A DNA stretch of 64,000 nucleotides from Acutalibacteraceae bacterium (GTDB lineage: Bacteria; Bacillota; Clostridia; Oscillospirales; Acutalibacteraceae). The notes beneath the pieces are model-generated. The model ran no database searches and was not told where the DNA came from. It saw only the letters and a list, made by a program, of their open reading frames with translations. The position numbers were made by a program, and so were the translations under genes. Positions 9,420 through 20,100 of this stretch are shown piece after piece. The stretch lies in assembly GCA_045576275.1 (NCBI GenBank), contig JAZNGB010000042.1, positions 26,882-90,881 on the forward strand, written 5' to 3'. The first letter of the stretch is position 1; the number at the start of each line of letters is the position of its first letter.

Positions 9420-10808
9420 ATGATGAAAGAAAACTTTCTTATAAGCTTGCGGAACGGCGAAAATCTGAATACCCGACAGCAGATATATATGATTCTGCAA
9501 CTGAGCTTACCTGCAATCATGGCACAGTTGTCAAGCATTATTATGCAATATATTGATGCTTCCATGGTCGGGCAGCTCGGTGCTGCCAAATCTGCATCCA
9601 TCGGTCTTGTGTCCTCAAGCACATGGCTGTTTAACGGTATTTGCAACGCTGCCATCACGGGCTTTTCCGTGCAGGTCGCACAATGCATCGGGGCAGGGAA
9701 GAACAAGGATGCCCGTTCAGTGATGAAGCAGGGCTTTTTGATTGCATTGGGTGTTTCCGTGCTGCTGTGCACAGTCGGCTCACTCATCAGCGGTAATCTT
9801 CCCGTATGGCTTGGCGGCAATGCGGATATATGCACGGGTGCAACGCGGTATTTCTTCATTTATGCCCTTGCATTGCCGTTTTCGCAGCTTAACAATATCT
9901 CGGCTGCTATGCTGCAGGCAAGCGGTAATATGAAAACACCAAGCATTCTGTTTGTTGTGATGTGTGTGCTTGATGTTGTTTTCAATTTCTTCCTGATTTT
10001 CCCGACACGCGAGCTGTTTGGCATCACGGTGTACGGTGCTGACCTCGGCGTAGCAGGTGCTTCACTCGGCACAGCCTTGTCGCATGTTGTGAGTGCTGTT
10101 ATTATGACACTGATTCTGCTTTGTCGGTCGGATATCCTGCGCATCCGTAAAAAAGAAAAGCTGCACATGCGTGTGCGGACGATTAAAAAAGCAGCTGAAA
10201 TCGGCATTCCCGTCGGCATTGAGCAAACCATTATGTGCGGCGCTTACATCTGCGGAACTCGCATTGTGGCTCCCTTGGGCACAGTTGCCATTGCAGCCAA
10301 TTCTTTTGCCATTACTGCCGAAAGCCTTTGTTATATGCCGGGCTACGGTATCGGCAATGCAGCAACCACACTCATCGGTCAGAGCATTGGTGCCAAACGG
10401 TATGATCTGACACGTCGGCTCGGTTGGCTGACAACGGGGCTCGGTATGCTTGTCATGGGCTTCGCGGCCGTTCTTATGTTTATCTTTGCACCCTTTATGA
10501 TCGGCATTATGACACCCGATCAATCCGTTGTGGAGTTAGGTGCGCAGGTGCTTCGTATTGCGGCTTTTGTGGAGCCGTTTTATGCAGCCTCTATTGTTGC
10601 AAACGGTGTGTTCAGAGGGGCAGGGAACACCCTCGTTCCGAGCTGTCTGAACTTTGTCAGTATGTGGGCGGTGCGTTTACCGTTGGCTGCCATTCTTTCG
10701 CAACACTATGGCTTAAAGGGGTATTGGTTTGCCATGTGTATCGAACTTTTTGTTCGAGGTGTGTTGTTCCTGTTACGCTTAAAAAGTAAAAAATGGCTGA
10801 CGAAATAA
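9420..10808 (+). CDS. MATE-family efflux transporter
   Basis: 12-TM profile. The N-terminal LSLPAIMAQLSSIIMQYIDASMVGQLG motif is typical of MatE. Confidence 0.85.
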   Translation: MMKENFLISLRNGENLNTRQQIYMILQLSLPAIMAQLSSIIMQYIDASMVGQLGAAKSASIGLVSSSTWLFNGICNAAITGFSVQVAQCIGAGKNKDARSVMKQGFLIALGVSVLLCTVGSLISGNLPVWLGGNADICTGATRYFFIYALALPFSQLNNISAAMLQASGNMKTPSILFVVMCVLDVVFNFFLIFPTRELFGITVYGADLGVAGASLGTALSHVVSAVIMTLILLCRSDILRIRKKEKLHMRVRTIKKAAEIGIPVGIEQTIMCGAYICGTRIVAPLGTVAIAANSFAITAESLCYMPGYGIGNAATTLIGQSIGAKRYDLTRRLGWLTTGLGMLVMGFAAVLMFIFAPFMIGIMTPDQSVVELGAQVLRIAAFVEPFYAASIVANGVFRGAGNTLVPSCLNFVSMWAVRLPLAAILSQHYGLKGYWFAMCIELFVRGVLFLLRLKSKKWLTK

Positions 10809-10830
10809 CACGAAATAAAACAAAAACAAC

Positions 10831-10866
10831 AGAACGGAACAAGTTTTTCCGTTCTTGTATTTTTTG
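10831..10866 (+). terminator. Rho-independent terminator
   Basis: Stem agaacggaa / ttccgttct followed by tgtatttttt. Confidence 0.75.
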
Positions 10867-11158
10867 TGCGTGTTGCATAAAAAATGCTTTCAATATTTTA
10901 CAAAAAACAAGATGGTTTCAGACCGAAAAACACCTTTTTGACTTGATTATTTATTAACTTTGTGTTAATATATCTAAGAATGGATTATTATAGAGTAGTC
11001 TATGCTGAAAACCATTTGTTCAAGAAAAAGTTTACACTTTTTCACCTTATTTTGGTTAATTATTTGTCCCGACCGGCTGCAAAGAGGAGCAGTATTTTTG
11101 TGTCCGTAGCGGGATATAATGGTTAAAATAAAAAAACATAAAAAAGGAAGGGTTTTTT

Positions 11159-14100
11159 ATGGAACAGAAAGCATCTTTTACCAAGAAGCTGCTCAGCACG
11201 CTTCTGGCAATGCTGATGATCTTCTCTGCGTGTTACGCAGGGGTCGACGGCCTTGGCGGCCTTTACACCGCTTATGCCGCTGAAGGCGACTCCGAGTACT
11301 CCAAAGAAGAAGTCGCAGCATTGATCAACGCAGCAACTGCCTCCGGCTTCACACTGAGCAGCTCCGGCAACGCATGGAACTACACAGCGGACGACGGCAC
11401 GGCACTGGCTGCTGCAAGAGCCATCTTTGACTACGCGGTAAATACCTACCGTGAAGGCAAGGATGCAACATCCGCCGGTAACTCGACAAAGGCGTTGTAT
11501 GACAAGTTTGATGCAGACTTCAACGGCTTGTATACCAGTAAAGCATCTGCAAGACAGCTCGTCAAAAACGTCCTGAATCCCGACGGCACAGACGTGTATT
11601 CTTACGAGAGTCCCGGTACAAAGACTGGTATTACCGGTGCAGAAACCACAGACTCCATGTCTAAAGGTGCTGATGTTTCCGGCACATATCCGGTTGCCTC
11701 TTACCCCAATTACTATGCATCTTCCGAGACCGGTACGATCACAAAGACCGTTGAAATTCAGATTGATATGGAAAAATATCTTCTGACCTTTGCAACAATT
11801 GAGGATATTCCTTCAACTATTTACACCAATGTAAAGTACTCCTATGCACACACCTATTCCAGCACTGCAACGGTAACGGATGTTTCTTCCAGATCCACAA
11901 CGAGCACGAGTGGTTGTAACACCACAACAACCTATTATTACACACCCACCATCTCTACCAGCTACTGGAACTACATGACCGCAAAGCCCACCAAGCAGGA
12001 AACCAAGGATAAGACCGTCCGCAAGACATTGCTTACCCTTGAAAAGTACTTCGATGAAGATCTTCTTGCGATCACCAAGGACGAAATGCTTGCCATGAAT
12101 CTTGCTGACATCACCTCCCTGTACAAGACCACGGATCTGATGTACAACAACATCAAAAATGCAGACGGCACTCGCAAATTCAGCGATAATGTTCTCAATC
12201 ACTTCGGTTTGAGCTCTGCTGCCATTCATCAGTTCATGACAGATGTTTATTTTGCATACAGAGTGGCAGCAGCAAAGTACAACATCGACAATCTGAACAC
12301 CCTTATCGGTACCGAATACAATGTAAACAGCTATTCGCAGATGTCTGCTCTGTATTCAAAGACCAGCACCGCTTACAACACTGTTTTCAGTCTTGATGAT
12401 GAAATCAAAAACTACCTCATCAACGAAGGCGGCTACGGCGATCAGTACTATGCAGCCATTGCCCTCAAGGCAACCGCTGAAAGCTACAATGCTACGCTGA
12501 AGGAAATTATGACCGAGCAGAAGCTCGAAGAAACCGTGGCATCCATGGTTGCAACCTACAATCAGTATTATTCCAAGCTTAATAAAGAGGATATCGAAAC
12601 TCCCACTGATGCAGAAGTTATCGGTCTCGTGCAGAAGGTCAAGGGCTTTGATTCTGTCATTGCTTCTTACACAACCAAGTCCTACTACAGAACCTACTGG
12701 ACAACCGAATACGAGGCAGCATGGAAAGATTTCAGTGCAAAGCTTGCCGAGGTTTATGAAGTACGCGGTCTGAAGGCAACTTTCCAGACTCAATACGACT
12801 ACTTCCTGCCCATCATCTACACCACTATGATCGATGATCTTAATAATGAAGATCTGATCGCGCTGCACTCCGAGCTTGATACCAAACTCAGTGAATTGAG
12901 AACCACTTACACTGATGTTGCAAACGTATGGGGCTACACCATTGCAGACAAGATTTTCACCGTCAAATATGAAGGTTCCGATTATCTCCTGCAGACCCTC
13001 ATTGACAATGTCAAGTCAACCGGTAAGGAAGCAGCAAAGACTGTTCTCATTGCAAGAAACGATGCACAGCTGGACACCATCTGGGCATACCACGCTGTCA
13101 CCACCGTTGACTTCTCTAACTTTGCTTCCATTAAGTCCACGCTGACTTACTTCGACTATGATCTTTATGATTATGTAAGCAGCCAGGGCTGGCTTACCAC
13201 CGATGCAACAACCAAGTATGCGGATGTGCAGACCCTGCTTGACAGATACCATGCATTCTCCACTTCTGACGGTAAGACCTTCTTTAATGAAAGCTTTACC
13301 TTCAAACTTGCAGACGGCACCTACGGCACCCGTTATGCAGGCAGCCAGTATGATGCTGATGGCAATCAGATCGGCTATCCCGCTGACATTGTCAGAGACG
13401 GCGCAGAAGACAACTATGTTGTAACCGAAGCAAAGCTTCTCAATACTGTTGACCGTATTGATAACTTCATCGTTTCCCGTGACTTCGGTGCTCTCATCGG
13501 TCTTACGGATGCAGAAGATGAAGAAACCTATGTTGATCTTGCTACTTATCTTGAGCAGATGCTCAATGAAATGCTCTACACCAACGATATGATGAACACC
13601 CTCGTCGGTGCGATCTATCCGATGATTGTTGATCTTCTCAATACGGAACTGATCGGTATGCTCGCAGATATGGGTACCAATGATAACCCGGCAGCATCCG
13701 CTTGTATCGATATCGGTGAAATGACCGGTGGCGACGGTTCCGGCCATCTGTATGTTTATATGGATGACGACCTGTTCAACGGTCAGCAAAAGCAGCGCTA
13801 TCTGGATGTTGTTCTTGCTGATGCAGGTCTTTATGTCTATCCGCAGACCCTTGCTGACTCTCTTCTGATGTCTGACCCTGTATCTTTCGGTGTCGGCACA
13901 CCCATTTACACTGCCCTCAAGGCAGCCGGCAGAGACTGGACACAGCTTGTCAAGGCAGATGACCCCGAAACCGAAATGGTTGACGAAACCAAGGTTCTCG
14001 AATTCGATTGGGGCGTTTATGACGAAGATTCCTTCGTAGAAAAGCTTGCCTGCGTATTTGATTCACTGCTTCCGCTTCTCAACGCTGTGCTTACAGGTAA

Positions 14101-17100
14101 AACCTTTGAAGAGGTTCTTGCAAACGCTGCTTACGGTTATTCAACAGATACAAAATATATAGTTAATGTTGGTAAGCTTGCTATTTTCGGTGACCTCAGA
14201 CTTACGATCCCCGGACTTACCGTTTATAACGATGTTCTTGTTCCTCTCTTCAATGTGCTCGGCGTTGATAAGATCCCCACTCTCAAGCAGAATGCTTCGG
14301 GTGAAGAACTCGTAAAGGCAATCGTTGAGCCGTTGCTGGGCGTTATTGACGAAGTGCTTGAAAACCCGATTTCCACAGTGCTTGAAATTTTCCCGAATCT
14401 TGTATACTTCCTTTCCATGGATACAATTCAGGAAATGCTCAATTCTCTGAATATCAAACTTACCCTCAAGGTTGAAGCTGAAGTCGATAAGGACAATTCC
14501 GGTACACTTGTTGACTTGCTTGGTGGTACATTGCTTAGCCTTCTTGGTGACAAACTTACCTTTGATGTTGAATTAGCCATTGCTGACCTGATCGACCTGT
14601 ACGATATGCTCGGCTTTGAAATTTCCGACTTCAACGAGGTCATCAAGGGCATCGGTCCCATGCTCGGCGATCTGACCGGCGGCGAAGAGGGTGAAGGCGG
14701 TCTTGATCTTGCCTCCATTCTCGGAAATCTGCCTCCCATTCAGCAGCAGGAAATCATCTTCTGTTCCGACTGGAGCACGTTCTCGAACGGCCAACCCAAT
14801 CTTGTTGCCAACAAGGGCGACCTGATGTATTGGTTCATCAACTATGCAGTGCAGCTGCTTCAGCCCGATGAAAACGGCAACAGCCTGTTGACCGGTCTGC
14901 TCGGTGAAATGGATCCTTCCATTACAAATATTATTGATAATGTTGTATATCAGTTCAGCAGCAATCCCAGAGGCGCTCTGGCTGCCATCGTTGAACTTCT
15001 CAATCCCGTAACCTATGATCTTCAGGAAATGGATTGGGTTGAAGGCACATGGAATTATAACGGCATTGCAGGTACAAATGCTGCCGATATGGTTTATCTG
15101 AGCTACTCCAATGACTGGACTGAAGACAAGGCAAACGCTCTTGTTGAAGAAATCGATCCTCTCGTTGCATCCGTTCTCGAAATGGTCGAAATGGACCTCG
15201 GTGATGCTGCAAACCTCGGTGAATACCTGCAGAACATGCTCGGTGATCTCTTCACCAACGAAACCATCACCTCTCTTGTTGAAATGCTCGGCGGCCTCGG
15301 CGATTCTCCCAGTGCTGTCATCAACGACATCATCAAGAATCAGGTCGGTATCGACCTCGGCTCCTGGTTTGTTGCTTTTGGTTATCTCTTCCCGGCAGAA
15401 ACCTGGGCAGAGGATGCTGAAATCATTCCTTACGGCCACAGAACCTATGTCAACAACTTCGGTGTTGAAGGTGTTGCAAACGAAGACGGCACCATTACCT
15501 GGCACTTCAACAGAACACCTCTCAATGACGGTGATGCTTACACCTTCGTCAACATTCTGACCAGACTTCTCGGTCCTGCCGAAATTCTTATCAAGTTCCT
15601 GTTTGCAGGCGAAAACATCTCTGCATTTGCTGATCTTGTAAGACTCCACGGTTATGAAACCTACTCCACAACCCTCGGCCTTCTCTTTGAAGTCCTCGGT
15701 GTTGAAAACCTTCCTTCTCAGGCTGATTTCGATGCAGACACCATGGGCAGCTTCAGCAACATGCTGTTCGCTCTGCTTGACTGGTTCTATGCACTCACAG
15801 GCTCCGACGACATGATCGCTCAGCTTCTCGAAGTCATCCCCGATCTGTTCTATTATATTGAAAGCAACGGTCTGTCCGTCCTGCTTCATAACCTTCTCAT
15901 GCCTGTTCTTGTTCTTGTTGATACCGTCAGACCTCTTATCAACCTCGACATCAACGGCGTTCTCTCCCTCATCGTTTCCGAGCTTGTCAACTACGGCACA
16001 ATGGATATCAACGTCATTCTGCAGTACATCGTCAACGGTGTATGGCTCAATGATGACCTTGATTACAAGTTCATTTCCGTCGATATCAAGAACCTCAGAG
16101 TTTCTGACATTCTTGTTATTGTTGACAACATCTTCGGTACAAATCTTGCTCAGAGCAACCTTGTTACTTATGGTGTAACCGGTCTTTGCTCCGGTGTTGA
16201 AACTGTCAACACCAACGGTGCAGGCACCATCAACAAGACCACCGTTACCGCTGCTGATGCAATCACCATCATCCTCACCGGTCTGCTTGAAGCCCTCGAA
16301 CAGCCCGCACAGGATGAAACCATGACCAACGGCGAAGTCCTCTTCGCATTCCTCGGTGAAATGACCGAAAACGAAACCATTGCCGGCCTGTATCCTACCA
16401 TCAAGACTCTGCTTGCAGGCATTGAAGTGGAATACACAGCACCCAACTGGGCTTACATGGCTCCCGGTGGCGATGTTGCAAACTTTGTCAATGCAAGAGA
16501 AACCATCAGCTATCTTGCTTACACCACTGACTGGACCGCAGTCAAGGCTGAAGCTGTTTACAACAAGCTTGACGATCTTCTTGCTACTCTGATTCCCGAA
16601 GAAACCTTCGACTTCAATATTGCAACCCTTCTCAACAGCATGCTCGAAGACAATGTTTACTCTGATGCAAACCTCAACATGATTGTTGAGACCATCGTAA
16701 ACCTCTTCGCAGACATCAATTCCACTCTGTTCGATGTAATCGATGTCGTTATTGATACCGATATCGCATCCTGGTTCGCAATGTGCGAAGAACAGACTGA
16801 TGCCGAAACCGGCGAAACCAAGCTTGTTTGCACCAAGGATTGGGGCGTTGACGAAGCTTCCGACAAGAGAGCAACTTTCATTGCTGCTCTTGAAGAAGTT
16901 CTTGCTCCCGCAAACGCACTGCTCGCATGGGCATTCTTCGGTGACAACTTCGAATTCTTCACCGGTTCCGAAAAGGACGAAGACGGCAACTATATCTATA
17001 ATGATGTTATTGCCATCAACGGCGGCGAAGGTTACGAACGTGCAATCGTTCCGATCCTCAGAGCTCTTACTCTTGAACCCGCTCCCGCATCCGCTTACTA

Positions 17101-20100
17101 TGATGCAACCACCGGCAAGTACGATGCAGCAGCAGCTGTTTCCGGTATCCTCAACACTGTATTCGATCTCATCGATTCTCTGACCGATGCTCCGAGTGTT
17201 ATCGGCGCTGCTATGGAACTGATTCCGAACGTCATTTATTTCCTGAATGCTGACGGTGTCAAGTCTGCAGTCAACAATCTGTTGGCTCCCATCAACGGTC
17301 TGCTTGATATGGTCGGTCCTCTCCTTGGCGAAGAAATCTCCCTTGCAGCTCTGCTTGGCGATCTTCCCATCGACATTACCGACATCACCACAGAATCCGT
17401 TCTTGCACTGCTCACCGAACAGTTCGGTGTACAGTTTGCTACCGAAACACTTGATCTCGGTGCAATCCTCAGCACTCTGTATGTTGGTGAACTTGCACCT
17501 TACACCTATGCTGACAACCTCACAGGTTACACCCTCGATGTCAGCGCTGCTGAATACGATGTGCTTACTCTCGTTATCAGCTTTGCTCTTGAACTGTTCA
17601 CCATCAACGGCGATCTGTTTGCAGGTCTGTTTGGTGAAGACGGTGAAGCAATCGTCGATAGCATCATTGCTCTCCTTGGAGGCTATACCGTAACTTATAC
17701 CGATCCCGATTGGGCTTACATGTATGAAGGCGAGGATGCACTCGCAAAACTTGCAGCAGACGGCTTCCCGGCATTTGAGCACACGTATCTTGCATACTCC
17801 ACCGACTGGACCGAAACTACCGCACAGGGTGTTTACAACGCACTGGATGACATTCTCGTTCTTGTCATGGATTCTGTTGCCGACGGCAACACCATCGCTC
17901 AGCTCATCGAAGGCGTTCTGACTGATAATGTTTACACCGATGCAAACCTTGTTGCGATCGTTGAACTCATCGTCAACGCAATCGCAGGCTTCGATGCTTC
18001 TCTGCTTGAGCTTATCGATGTCGTGCTCGATACCAACATTGCCGCTTGGTTCGCAATGTGTGATGTTGATGCTGACGGCAAATATGTAGTGAAAGAAAAC
18101 TACTTCGCAGTTGATACTGCTGCCGACAAGAAGGCTGCTTTCGTAGCAGGTCTCAAGGAAGTTCTTGCTCCCGCAAATGAACTGCTTGCATGGCTGTTCT
18201 TCGGTGACTCTTACACCTTCTTCAACGGCTCCGACGGTGAAGCCATCATCACTCTCATCGGTGGCGAAGGCTACGCACAGGGACTTGTGCCGATCTTCGA
18301 AGCACTCGGCTGCACAATGCCTGCTGCTGACACCTTCAAGGAAGGCGAAACCTACAACGTAGGCAACGCTGTTGCTGCAATCCTCGACGCTGCACTTGCA
18401 CTTGTCGATACCATCTCTGCAAACCCGATTGAAGAAGTATTTGCACTCATTCCGAATCTGCTTTACTTCATCAATGCAAACGGTCTGAACAGCGCAGTTT
18501 CCAACCTGCTTGCTCCCGTCAACGGCGTTCTCGCTGAACTCAGCGATGTCGTTGGTGCAGATAACCTGCAGGCACTGCTTACTGATCTTATCGACTTTGA
18601 TCTCAGCAACCTCGGCACAGATGCAGTTCTTGCACTTCTTGTTGATAAAACCGGCTTTGTTATGAATGACGAAATGAAAGATGTCATCAAGAACATCTAC
18701 GGTCTCGGTGTTGCAGCTGCTTTCACTTCTGCAAACGGTGAAACCGCTTACAAGGTAGACATTACCGATAGAGAATACGATGTTCTTACCGTCCTTCTTT
18801 CCTTCGTTCTCGATGCATTCAACCTGAACGGCGAACTCTTCTCCGGTCTCCTCGGCGCAGAAACCTACAATGCAATCGTTGCACTGCTTCAGGGCTGCAC
18901 CGCAACATATACGCATATCAACTGGGCATACATGTATGACGGCAATACCGCAAAGCTTGCTTCTGACGGTTTCCCGGCTGTTGAACTTAAGTATCTTGCA
19001 TACTCCACTGATTGGACAGAAGAAGTTGCTCAGGGTGTTTACGATGCACTCGATGATATCCTTGCACTCGTTCTTCCGTCTCTCCTCGGCGACAATGAAA
19101 ATGTTGCTGCTCTCGTAAACGGCCTTCTGAATGACAGCGTTTACACCGACGAGGTTCTCAATTCTCTTGTTGAACTCATCGTCAATGCACTTGCTTCTCT
19201 TGATGAAAGTTTTTACAACGGCGTTGGTGCACTGCTTGCAGCAGACATCTCTGCATGGTTCACGATGTGTGAAGAAAATGCAGATGGCGAATATGAATGC
19301 ACCAAGGATTGGGGCGTTGATGCCGCAACCGATAAGAAGGCTGCTTTCGTAGCAGGCATCAAGGATGTCCTTGCTCCTGCAAACGAACTGCTTGCATGGC
19401 TGTTCTTCGGCGGTTCTTATGAATTCCTGAACGGCACGACCAAGGAAGTTCTCATCACCATCAACGGTGGCGAAGGCTATGCTTACGGCCTTGTTCCGAT
19501 CTTTGAAGCACTCGGCTGCACAATGCCTGCTGCTGAAACCTTCAAGGATGGTGATACCTACAACGTAGGCAACGCAGTTGCTGCAATCCTCGATGCAGCT
19601 CTTGCACTCGTTGACAAGATCTCCGGCAACCTTGCAGAAGAAGTATTCAACCTTCTTCCCAACCTGCTTTACTTCATCAATTCCGACGGTATCTCCGCAA
19701 GCGTCAACAACCTTGTTGCTCCTGTGATTGCTGTTCTCACAACCCTTAAGCCCGTTGTTGATGTTTCGCTGAATGAGCTGATCGTTGATGCCATCGGCAT
19801 TGATATCTTCAATCTGACAACAGAAGCTCTGTTCAAATACCTTGCTTCTGATGCAGTTGGTTTCATCACAAATGCAGATATGGTATCTGCTGTTGTCAAC
19901 ATCTATGCTGTCGGTGATGCTGTGGCTTACACCTCTGCAAACGGCAGAACCGCTTACAGAATTGACAGCAATAAGGCTGATGTCCTTACCGTTGTTCTTT
20001 CCTTCGCACTCGATGCATTCAACCTTAATGCAGAACTCTTCTCCGGTCTCCTTGGCGAAGAAACCTATGAGGCTGTTTACAACCTCATCCGTGGCGCTGC

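Noticed and set aside
10938-10971. Promoter for the giant gene (TTGACT at 10938-10943)
   Set aside because: No acceptable -10 hexamer lies at 16-18 bp; the nearest, TAATAT, is 22 bp away. A TATAAT at 11113-11118 lacks a convincing -35. The promoter cannot be assigned from sequence alone.
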